The notes under the pieces were generated by a model. The model was not told where the DNA came from. It was given only the letters and a program-made list of their open reading frames with translations, and searched no databases. A DNA stretch of 64,000 nt from Chiloscyllium plagiosum (taxonomy: Eukaryota). Both the position numbers and the translations under genes were made by a program. Below, one piece after another: positions 24,300 to 35,290 of this stretch (within the stretch, counting starts at the first letter, position 1; each line of letters begins with the position of its first letter). The stretch spans positions 95,769,147 through 95,833,146 of the forward strand of contig NC_057718.1 in NCBI RefSeq assembly GCF_004010195.1, read 5' to 3'.

Positions 24300-26050
24300 C
24301 AGAAGTAAAGGCACTTGATTTGAATACATCTTGCATTCACAAAATGTCTATGATTTGTTTAAACAAATTGAGGTGAATGGGTTTTATTTGACTGTCATTT
24401 AGGAGACACAGTAAAGGGTGACCAGTATTGGAAACTGGATGTGCAAGGATGTTCAACATTTAGAGAGGATTTGCAAAGTGGCAAGGAAGGTGAGGGAGCA
24501 TCCTCAATATGGGGTGGGAATGGTGCATTGCTGGAAGGTGAGGGAACATCCTCGATGAGGGGTGGGAATGGTGCATTGCTGGAAGGTGAGGGAGCATCCT
24601 CGATAAGGGGTGGGAATGGTGCATTGCTGGAAGGTGAGGGAGCATCCTCGATGAGGGGTGGGAATGGTGCATTGCTGGAAGGTGAGGGAGCATCCTCGAT
24701 GAGGGGTGGGAATGGTGCATTGCTGGAAGGTGAGGGAGCATCCTCAATATGGAGTGGGTATGGTGCATTGCTGGAAGGTGAGGGAGCATCCTCGATGAGG
24801 GGTGGGAATGGTGCATTGCTGGAAGGTGAGGGAACATCCTCGATGAGGGGTGGGAATGGTGCATTGCTGGAAGGTGAGGGAACATCCTCGATGAGGGGTG
24901 GGAATGGTGCATTGCTGGAAGGTGAGGGAACATCCTCGATGAGGGGTGGGAATGGTGCATTGCTGGAAGGTGAGGGAACATCCTCGATGAGGGGTGGGAA
25001 TGGTGCATTGCTGGAAGGTGAGGGAACATCCTCGATGAGGGGTGGGAATGGTGCATTGCTGGAAGGTGAGGGAACATCCTCGATGAGGGGTGGGAATGGT
25101 GCATTGCTGGAAGGTGAGGGAACATCCTCGATGAGGGGTGGGAATGGTGCATTGCTGGAAGGTGAGGGAACATCCTCGATGAGGGGTGGGAATGGTGCAT
25201 TGCTGGAAGGTGAGGGAACATCCTCGATGAGGGGTGGGAATGGTGCATTGCTGGAAGGTGAGGGAACATCCTCGATGAGGGGTGGGAATGGTGCATTGCT
25301 GGAAGGTGAGGGAACATCCTCGATGAGGGGTGGGAATGGTGCATTGCTGGAAGGTGAGGGAACATCCTCGATGAGGGGTGGGAATGGTGCATTGCTGGAA
25401 GGTGAGGGAACATCCTCGATGAGGGGTGGGAATGGTGCATTGCTGGAAGGTGAGGGAACATCCTCGATGAGGGGTGGGAATGGTGCATTGCTGGAAGGTG
25501 AGGGAGCATCCTCAATATGGGGTGGGTATGGTGCATTGCTGGAAGGTGAGGGAGCATCCTCGATAAGGGGTGGGAATGGTGCATTGCTGGAAGGTGAGGG
25601 AGCATCCTCGATGAGGGGTGGGAATGGTCTATCGCTGACAATGTGCAACTGAATGATCATGATGTAGAGAATCAGTTCAGGTAGAGATAAGGGACATTGA
25701 GGAACCTTAAACAAGGTTGAAGTTGTTTATAGGTCACCAAACAGTAGTGGTAATATTATACATAATTTTAATCAAGAAATTAGTTCTGAATGTATTATGG
25801 GCAATATGGTAATAATGGGCAACTGCAAGTAACTCAGAGACTAGATTAACCAAATCAAAACAAATGATGTAGAGGATGAATCCCTGGAATGTGTATGAGA
25901 TGGATTTCTGGAGCAGTAAGTTAAGAAGCCAACTAGGGATTGGGCTCTTTTGGATTTAGTGTTATGTAATGAGAGAGGGCTAATTGATAATTATGCTCTA
26001 AAGGAGCCTTTGTGAAATAGTGACAATAATTTATTAGAATCTTTTACTAA
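24300..26050 (+). mobile_element. Decayed CR1 ORF2 APE endonuclease region hosting a minisatellite
   Basis: GDQYWKLDVQGCSTFREDLQSGKEG before the array; after it VVYRSPNSS, VIMGN, DGFLEQ*VKKPTRDWALLDLVLCNE, SDNN. Confidence 0.8.
24486..25628 (+). repeat. 48-bp minisatellite, ~23.8 copies
   Basis: Unit gaaggtgagggaacatcctcgatgaggggtgggaatggtgcattgctg; copies 8-21 appear identical. Confidence 0.98.
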
Positions 26051-26199
26051 GTTTGAATGCCGTTTAGTTTTTTGGAGAACAATGACATTGAGAGATATGG
26101 ACACAGTGTGGGAAGGTGACATTGATGTGGATGATCGGTCATAACCCAATTGAAAAATAGAGCAGGTCTAATAGTCATGATCTGGAATTTCACTGCCAA

Positions 26200-26362
26200 C
26201 AAAATTACAACGTTCAAAAAGTTGCCTATATGAATAGGAAGGGTTTGGAGGAATATGGTCCAAATGCTGGCAAATGGGACTAGATTAATTTTGGATATCT
26301 GGTTGGCATGGACGAGTTGGACCGAAAGATATGTTTCCCTGCTGTATATCTCTATGATTCTA
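26200..26362 (+). mobile_element. CR1 (HER1-like) 3' tail
   Basis: tatatgaataggaagggtttggag...ctgtatatctctatgattcta. Confidence 0.8.
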
Positions 26363-27420
26363 AGTCCTGGTGGAGAACGAAAACAAAAGTTGCTGGAGAA
26401 ACTCAGCAGATCTAGCAGCATCTACAGTCAGAGAAAAACAGAGTTAATCTTTCAAGACTAGTGATCCATCTTCCGAAGCCCTGGTGTGGGACTCAAAGCC
26501 AGAGCTTCCGATCGAGAGGAAGGACGCTACCACTGTGCAGCAACACCTCTGGCATGCTACTCACATTTTATGATAATGCAAGTTTAACATTTGAAACTAA
26601 TCTCAGCACAGAAAGTCCTCAACAATTAAAAACAACTTTGTCACCATCTCACCCTAACTGCAATATTATCACACTGACAAACGATGCTGCGATAATTCTA
26701 TCACTGGCTTTTAATAGTGTGGCCTTAGTTTCTATAAAAAGGCGTGTGAAATTATAAGTGACCACCATGATGATGGTAGGATTGAATAGAATCAAAAGAC
26801 ATCAAAGTTATAATAATCTGATTGAAATAACATTCAAAGAACCTTGTGAAGATTAAAGCTTAAAATTAGATTGTGTTTTAGGATATGAAGATTTGATGCA
26901 TTTATAAAACATTCCTCTGCTTTTTAGTTGAACAGAGATATTGTCCTATTAAATAAGCCAGTGGCTCAGTTAAATGTTGGATGAAAAAATGTACAAACCT
27001 CCCACAACTCCAACCTTGAACCTCCCCAGTCAGGTCGCTTCCACAGCACTGAATTGACCCTAATTAAGCTCCTAAGTAACACTCACTATAAATGTAATCA
27101 TTCTGTGTGATCTATTCCCGTCTTTCTTGACCTCTGTGCAATCTTTGACCTACTCCCCACCATTGTCCTTTATTTTATTCCATTCTTACCTAAATGACTT
27201 TCGACTGGACATTTCCAACAATGGCTTCTCTTGCGCCCATGCCATTACTTCTGAGACCCTCAAGGATCGATCATTGCCACTAACCCACCCCTACTTTAAC
27301 AACATGCCCATTTCAGTGCCATCTTCTCAAAGCATTTGACTGGTTCCTATAGGCTTACTGATGGCACCCTGATCTATCTGTTCAACATGTGTACTGACCC
27401 CTTCACTATCTCCTTATTTT

Positions 27421-27614
27421 GAAAGTTAAAAATCGCACAACACCAGGTTATAGTCCATCAGGTTTAATTGGAAGTACTAGCTTTCAGAGTGCCGCTCCTA
27501 CAACCACCTGATGAAGGAGCGCCGCTCCGAAAGCTAGTGTGCTTCCAATTAAACCTATTGGACTATAACCTGGTGTTGTGTGATTTTTAACTTTGTACAC
27601 CCCAGTCCAAATCA
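27421..27614. mobile_element. Family C PLE foldback with hammerhead core at 27508-27536 (+)
   Basis: Arms aaagttaaaaatc...acaccaggttatagtcca / tggactataacctggtgt...tttttaacttt; ctgatgaaggagcgccgctccgaaagcta; flanks tccttatttt (27411-27420, 27615-27624). Confidence 0.82.
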
Positions 27615-27633
27615 TCCTTATTTTCAAACTTTG

Positions 27634-28190
27634 TCATAGAGTCATAGAGATGTACAGCATGGAAACAGACCCTTCGGTCCAACCTGTCCATGCCTCTCAC
27701 CCTAAAACTATGCCCTCTAGTTCTAGACTCCCTGACCCCAGGGAAAAGACTTTGTCTATTTATCCTATCTATGCCCCTCATAATTTTGTAAACCTCTAGA
27801 AGGTCACCCCTCAGTTTCCGACACTCCAGGGAAAACAGCCCCAGCCTGTTCAGCCTCTCCCTGTAACTCAGATTCTCCAACCCTGGCAGCATCCATGTAA
27901 ATTTTTTCTGAACCCTTTCAAGTTTCACAACATCTTTCCGATAGGAAGGAGACCAGAATTGCACACAATATTCCAACAGCGGGCTAACCAATGTCCTGTA
28001 CAGCCGCAACATGACCTCCCAACACCTGTACTCAATATTCTGACCAATAAAGGAAAGCATACCAAATGCCTTCTTCACTATCCTATTTACCTGCGACTCC
28101 ACTTTCAAGGGGCTATGAACCTGCATTCCAAGGTCTCTTTGTTCAGCAACACTCCCTAGGACCTTACCATTAAGTGTATAAGTCCTGCTA
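27634..28190 (-). mobile_element. CR1 (HER1-like) 3' fragment with internal deletion
   Basis: ORF 27587..28126 has [10 protein letters not shown] and LRGDLLEVYK, joined directly to the tail. Confidence 0.9.
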
Positions 28191-28740
28191 AGTGTCTGAC
28201 ATCCAGTCTTCTCTGTGTCATGCTTTTCGGCAGGTAAACATTGGTAAGATCAAAGCCACTGATGGTAATTTAAACTCAAAAAGACAGATGTGTTTGGGTC
28301 AAGTGGGATGCTAAAATGTGAAAGTTTCAAACCCAACTATAATTTGCCTGATATAGAAACATTTTTTACCTTAATTGAGGTAGTGTGGAAGCTGAGACAA
28401 GGATAATGGAAGGAAACAAATCTACTCCCAGGAGATGATTGGGTCATTTACACTTATTGAAGCTGTCTGATAGTTGTAATATCTTCCAAGTTTGAGCCTG
28501 ACCATGTTGGCTTCCCAGGTCTTGGGAAACTAGGCATTTGATAAGAGATAGTGACTGTCTTTTCAGAAAACAAACACACCCTTTTAGCATGGCTTGTGGT
28601 GCAAGAGTAACAGGATTTTTGGATTGCATTTAACAGCTATTTTAAAATCCATCAAATGGGACTGGGAACACATCATCCTCAATCTTGAGGAAATGCCTAA
28701 GCAGAAGAGGGGAAAAAGAAGATGACATCAGTAGATGTGG

Positions 28741-28928
28741 TCAGAAGTCACGTGACACCAGGTTATAGTCCAACAGGTTTATTTGAAATCACAAGCTTTC
28801 GGAGTGCTGCACCTGACAATGGAGCAACACTCCAAAAACCTGTGATTTCAAATGAACCTGTTGGACTATACCCTGGTGTCACGTGACTTCTGACTTTGTC
28901 CACCCCAGTCCAACACTGGCACCTTCAC
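28741..28928. mobile_element. Family C-related PLE foldback
   Basis: tcagaagtcacgtgacacca / ggtgtcacgtgacttctga inverted arms plus unpaired tail gtccaccccagtccaacactggcacc. Confidence 0.78.
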
Positions 28929-30137
28929 ACTGTCTATGGACATAAAGACAAGAAAGTTTAAGGCAGAGAAAAGAGAGATTAGCAAGTTAATGGTACAACA
29001 GGACTCAGTTCTCAGTTTTTTTTTAGGTTTTGTTGTACAGGGCAGGAGAGATGTTTCAAAAATACCACAGATCAACACAGGATTCAAATCTTGTGGACAC
29101 TGGGCTTTATAAAGAGTTGAAATCCTTCTGGGGAAATAAAGCATTCAACATAAGATAGGGAACTGACCTCCTATTGCTTTTGCAACTCAGCAGATGTGGG
29201 AGCTTCAACCATGTCGAAGAGATAGTCAAATAAAAGCGATGAACAGAGAGCATCTGTTGAGAATGATGGAGCATCAGAAATGAGAGATGGCAACTTTTGG
29301 TTAAACAAAAGTGATGTGAAGAAACTGTATTCATTTTTATTGTCTCAAAGAAAAGAGAAATCAAACTAAAATGCTGAACTCCAGAGAACTCAAGACATTG
29401 AGAACCGAGTGCTGGTGATCTGAACAAAAGATTAGATCTTCAGAAAAGGAAGATACAATTTGATGATCAATGGGAAATGTTGTCAGCACAAGGAACAAAA
29501 CAAAACATTTTTGAATCAACGAGTTAACATAAAAAAGAGTTAGAGGATGAGTTACCAAATCTTTGTGGGTTTAAGAGTAAAACTGACCCTTGTGCATTGT
29601 TCTGGTAGGTACTCATATGATGTTAATTAATTTGAAGTATGCTCTATTATTAGCATTGGATCCCACTGTGAGTTCTGCTCGGAAGGAACATTGCAATCTA
29701 CTATGCGTTTCTGCTCTCGAGTAAAGAAATGTGTTCCCTTGCAGTATCAATGTGACTTTAAGCTTCTGTTCCAAGGCATGAATGTATGTCTTCATTATGG
29801 AGAAGATTTGATTGGTAGTTCAGTGTGTTCTACAGAAAATAGCAATCAATAAGTGACTTATTTCTCTACAATGAGCAAATTATTGGTGGAAGATTGACAG
29901 CTTTGTCCTTGCTGATACGGGATTTTGGAACCATGCTTGTGACATCCTTACGGAACCATCCTTATTACCGAGCTTATAATTTCCTGTTGATATTGTCACA
30001 TTTCAAATATTGCTCACATGAGACGTCTGGTCTTATTGTGCTGTAAGTGGCCAATTTACTCTTTTGACACTTGGAAAAGTTTATCAGTTTACTTCCAGTT
30101 TCCACCCTGCTCTCAATTGCACTATTTCTGGGTCCAC

Positions 30138-30715
30138 CCTTCCCTTCCTTGACGTTTCTGTTTCCATTTCTGGGGATAGACTGGCCACTAATACCTACCG
30201 TCAACGAACCGACTCCCACGGTTACCTGGACTATACATACTGACAGGTGGAAGTGGATACTGCAGATGCTGGAGAACAGAGTCAAGATTAGAGTGGTGCT
30301 GGAAAAGCACAGCAGGTCAAGCAGCATCCGAGGAGCAGGAAAAATCGACGTTTCAGGCAAAAGCAAGTTATTGGTACAACAGGACTCAGTTCTCAGTTTT
30401 TTTCTTTTTCTTAGGTTTTGTTCCACAGTGCAGGAGAGATGTTTCAAAAATACCACAGATCGACACAGGATTCAAATCTTGATGACATTGGGCTTTATAT
30501 AGAGTTGAAATCGTTCTGGAGAAAAAAAGTATTCGGCTCAAGAAATGTGCCTGAAACGTCGATTTTTCCTGCTCCTCGGATGCTGCCTGACCTGTTGTGC
30601 TTTTCCAGCACCACTCCCATCTATACATCCTGATATTCCACCTTGTGGAGAGACTTCACTCCATTCTCCCAATTTCTCCATCTCCACTGCATCTGATCCG
30701 ATGATGCTGGCTTCT
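30138..30715 (+). mobile_element. PLE RT fragment split by a family B foldback insert (30244-30620)
   Basis: PFLDVSVSISGDRLATNTYRQRTDSHGYLDYT before the insert; thumb-like ccattctcccaatttctccatctccactgcatctg after; flanks ctatacatactga / ctatacatcctga. Confidence 0.8.
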
Positions 30716-31107
30716 TGTTTGATTATTGATAGTCATCTGAATTTATAAATCATTTTCTTGCTTTAAAAGAATACTGCTTGGATTTTGATCTCCTTGGACT
30801 ACACTCGTTTTGGTGTCTTGTGGTATTTTTCACCCGTTAAATTTGTTGTTGCGTCTTTGTTATTTTAAAGAGTGCTGTTGCAGTACTAAAACTAAGCTGT
30901 TAAAGTTTCTGATGCTTAAATGCTGTTTTCAATGTAATGACCTAGAGACAGGCAGCTGAACCAAACCAGTCGTTTTACCTCTACAATCACAACAATGTAA
31001 AATTTAAACCTGCAAAGATCCTCAAACTTGATATGAGTGCTTCTGTGCAAATCCCAGACTCTGTGAATAATCATTTCTAGACACCGGTTTGTAGGTTAAA
31101 CAAAAGG

Positions 31108-31702
31108 GGGCCTCTGAAATGTCCACCTTTTTCCTCAACCAGGGATTCTCCACCACTGTGGCTAACATGGTCCTCAGCTGGGTCTGACCCATCTCCTGTG
31201 TTTCAGCCCTCACCCCTTCTCTTCCCTTCTATAACAGCAATAGGATTGCCCTCATCCTCACTTACCAACCCACCAGCATCCACATCCAAAAGACCATTAG
31301 CTGCCATTTCTGTTACCTCTAGCAGGTGCCACCCCCAGACACACATTCCCACATATTCCTTTCCCCTCACTCGTCAGCCTTCACCAGGGACCATTCCCTC
31401 TGGGATATCCTGGTTCACTCCTCCTCCACTCCCAACCCACAGCACCTTCCCATGTAACCACAGAAGGTGTAACACTTGACCATTTACCTCCTCCCTCCTC
31501 ACTATCCAAGGGCCCAAAACACCTTCCAGGTGAAGCAGCACTTCACTCAATCTCATCTACTGCATTCGCTGCTCACAATGTGGTCTCCACTACACTGGGG
31601 AAACAAAATGCAAACTGGATAAATGCTTTGCAGAACACTTGCATACTTTCTGCAAAAATGACCCTGTTACCAGTCACTTCAACACACTGCCGTATTCCCT
31701 GG
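31108..31702 (+). mobile_element. Penelope-like (Neptune-type) fragment, linker and GIY-YIG region
   Basis: STFPCNHRRCNT; atctactgcattcgctgctcacaatgtggtctccactacactggggaaaca (IYCIRCSQCGLHYTGET). Confidence 0.82.
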
Positions 31703-32202
31703 NNNNNNNNNNNNNNNNNNNNNNNNNNNNNNNNNNNNNNNNNNNNNNNNNNNNNNNNNNNNNNNNNNNNNNNNNNNNNNNNNNNNNNNNNNNNNNNNNN
31801 NNNNNNNNNNNNNNNNNNNNNNNNNNNNNNNNNNNNNNNNNNNNNNNNNNNNNNNNNNNNNNNNNNNNNNNNNNNNNNNNNNNNNNNNNNNNNNNNNNNN
31901 NNNNNNNNNNNNNNNNNNNNNNNNNNNNNNNNNNNNNNNNNNNNNNNNNNNNNNNNNNNNNNNNNNNNNNNNNNNNNNNNNNNNNNNNNNNNNNNNNNNN
32001 NNNNNNNNNNNNNNNNNNNNNNNNNNNNNNNNNNNNNNNNNNNNNNNNNNNNNNNNNNNNNNNNNNNNNNNNNNNNNNNNNNNNNNNNNNNNNNNNNNNN
32101 NNNNNNNNNNNNNNNNNNNNNNNNNNNNNNNNNNNNNNNNNNNNNNNNNNNNNNNNNNNNNNNNNNNNNNNNNNNNNNNNNNNNNNNNNNNNNNNNNNNN
32201 NN
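31703..32202. other. Assembly gap (N run)
   Basis: 500 n. Confidence 1.
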
Positions 32203-34604
32203 ATACACGTGAAATGAAAATCTTGCAGATTTTCTCCACAGATTATATGTAAGACCTGCTGGCACCTCAGTACCTACTGTGGAGAACTGTGTGACCCAAG
32301 GGTAGGGAGTCATATTGATTGAATCTTTCCTTGTTGAGAAATGTACCAAATGGAGATACTTAGTGGGAGCTGGCATCACAAACTGATCATGCAACAAGTG
32401 CTGCTATCTTTGGGAATGGGCTCATGGGTGATATGTGGCGAGAGGGGAGCTTTTTGAGGTTATAGAGCTTTATGGTTCACCCCATGATAATGAAGCACAT
32501 TGGAGCACTGCCAACTGAACACTCTGCATGACTGGAGATTGAGGAACTCTTCATGATGTTAGGCCCATCCTAGTTAATGCTTGGACATCAACTGGGGTCT
32601 TTTCGTCACCAATCTCCTGTGAGTTGGGTGACAGTTCAAATGCAGACATTTTTCTTACTACACCTGTAAGACCTATCCTGAGGTATGTACACAAAAGAAA
32701 AGCATGAAAGAAGGGAGGTTTTCCAAAGGGTTAATAGTAATGGCTGGCACCCAGAAAGGGCAAACAAAGGGAACACTGTCTCCTTCCTTCCGAGAGATGG
32801 GCCTCATTTATTCTCAGTGCATGCTGTCTTGGTGGTTAGAAATGTATAGACCACAACGTGTACTAGCACCAATTCTTCACACATTAATAGAAGGTTGAAT
32901 GTATTTTTAACTCCATTACTCATCATGAACACACACACAAAAAATACACACTGTTATATTGTTGTCCATGACCATTTACTGTACCCCAGCAAAATAAAGT
33001 AAAAAGCGCTGCACTTAGCTCATTTTGCTTTGAGGGCTTATGGGTGAGCCCTCGTTCTCACATGCTCCTTAACAGCATCTATTCTCCGATCTGCAGTGTC
33101 ATATTGATGAAAGCAGTAAAGCAGTTTGTGTAAAATTGGTGCCTGGTTTAGCGTGTTTGTATGTGCTTGTGTGTTTGAGTGAAATCCGATGCCAACAGAA
33201 GTGTGTCAGGGTAATTAGACTGAAGGCTGAATGGGGCACAGTGACAATATAGATTCAGTGTGATTTAATGCAATCCACTTTGCATCCTGACTGCCGATTT
33301 TCAAGGCAACCATGGCTGTGTTAAGGTGAAAGTACGTCCGTGTTAAAGAGAGCTGTAAAAACAACCTGCAATAATGAAATAACCAATGTGTCTGTCCTTA
33401 CACAATTATCTTTTTCATTTAAATACACTGAAGATTCTTCTAAGTGCAACTTTCACCGTCCATTATCTCCTGAAAGCATTGATTCAAACGTGGATTAGGA
33501 TTCTGTGGCTGCCAAACCTTCCTTGACATCTCACCTAATATTTCACGTGGAGTGGGAGAGAGCAGGGCAGATTGTGCCTTTGTGTAAAAATGATGATGGA
33601 AAACAGCAGCGTGCTTTAAATTTACACTGAATTCAGAATGTCTCCTAATTTTGCATTATTGAATTAGGTTTATTGTCACATGTATTCACATGAGTACAAG
33701 TCGCCACTTACAGTGCCATCTTAGGTGCAAGGGTATCTAGATACAGAACCTGCACACATGGAGATATTTCATTTGACAGGAGCTGAACCAATATCTGCTT
33801 CCTTTAGTGAGGTCATTGAACAGTGGTCAGATTGGGAACCTTCAAGTAGTGAACCCAAAGGAGCTAAAGTCAGTTATAGAGTTCCTACTTCCAGCCAGCT
33901 GTAGTCAGTGCAGACTGAGACTGATAACTGGTCCTTATCTCTCAAGGAACTTGACTTTGTCTAGTCCAGCAATGGTGTGTATATGTCAAATATACTTGTG
34001 AAATAGCAGTAGCCATTAGAACTGTATACCACAACACCTGCTTTTGCTTATCGAGACATTGACATAACGCTGTTTACATTGAGATGCAGTGCCCAGAGGC
34101 AATCTGCAAAGCATTAGATTAATGTAGCTGTCCCAGTTACACTTAATGCCCCCGTGGATTTGTGCCACATTAAAATCACGAGTTATTTTGTTTTTTTGGC
34201 CATGCGGAATTGTATACGTTGCAATTTATAATTTGACCAAAATTTAACTCGGAAAAGCTGTGTCCCTCTGGGGTTTGTCACCAAGACGTTTTGTCATGTG
34301 TCTGAATTTGTGTGACATGGACAGAGATGGAGAGGTGGTGAGGTTCAGGGAATGGGTTCCAAAGATTGGAGTACGGACAAATCAATGCAGGGCTGTCAAT
34401 GATGGAGCAATTAAAATTGAAGATGTACAAGAGGCCAGATTTGAGGAGTGTACAGATCTCAGAGGGAAGTACAGCTGAGGAGATGTCCAGAGGTGGGATA
34501 GGTGTTTCCTTGTTTGTCAGCCTTCTCCTAGGCGACAGCTAATTACCATCATACCAATTCCCGAGGCAGATTGATGTCTGGGACACTGCTACTGTCCTGA
34601 CCAA

Positions 34605-34868
34605 AGCTTCGGGCAACTGTCTGTGTGGAGTTTGCACATTCTCCACATGTCTGTGTGGGTTTCCTCCGGGTGCTCCGGTTTCCTCCCACAGTCCAAAGAT
34701 GTGCAGGTCAGGTGAATTGGCCATGCTAAATTGCCCATAGTGTTAGGTGCATTAGTCAGGGAAAATGTAGGGGAATGGGTCTGGGTGGGTTGCTCTTTGG
34801 AGGGTCGGTGTGGACTTGTTGGGCCGAAGGGTCTGTTTCCACACTGTAGGTAATCTAATCTAATCTAA
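34605..34868 (+). mobile_element. 5'-truncated HE1-like SINE
   Basis: Core and tail ending in taatc repeats. Confidence 0.88.
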
Positions 34869-35049
34869 AACAGATATTAGAGAAGGTAAGACTTCCATTT
34901 ATATAGTGCTTTAGACCACAATAGGAAATTGCTTTCTCATCAAGCAAATCATGCTCTACTATTGGGAAAATACAAAATCCTTTGACCCTCATTTCTTTTT
35001 AATATTTATTCATGGGATGCAGGCATCGCTGGCTAGCCTATGCTCATTG

Positions 35050-35290
35050 TCATAAAGTCATAGAGTCATACAGCATGAAAACAGACTCTTTGGTCCAATC
35101 AGTCCATGCTAAACATAATCCTGAACTCAATTAGTTCCACCTCCCTGCTCCTGGCCTATATGTCTTTAAACCTTTCCTATGTACTTACCTAATTGTCTTT
35201 TAAGCATTGTAACTGTGCCCAAGGCCATCTCTTTCTCAGGGAGTTCATTCCACATGTCAACCCCTCTCTGTGTCAAATGTTTACCCTTCA
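35050..35290 (-). mobile_element. CR1 3' end
   Basis: gtcatagagtcatacagcatg tail; minus strand TQRGVDMWNELPEK. Confidence 0.8.

Noticed and set aside
24395..25714. Three ~400-aa repetitive ORFs as a real gene, or the array as a CRISPR
   Set aside because: Openness follows from a stop-free 48-bp unit; there are no unique spacers; the flanks are a decayed CR1.
27421..27614. Foldbacks as DNA-transposon MITEs or miRNA genes
   Set aside because: Variable TSDs, asymmetric tails, hammerhead cores and (for family B) linkage to GIY-YIG sequence point to a PLE origin; there is no expression evidence for a miRNA.
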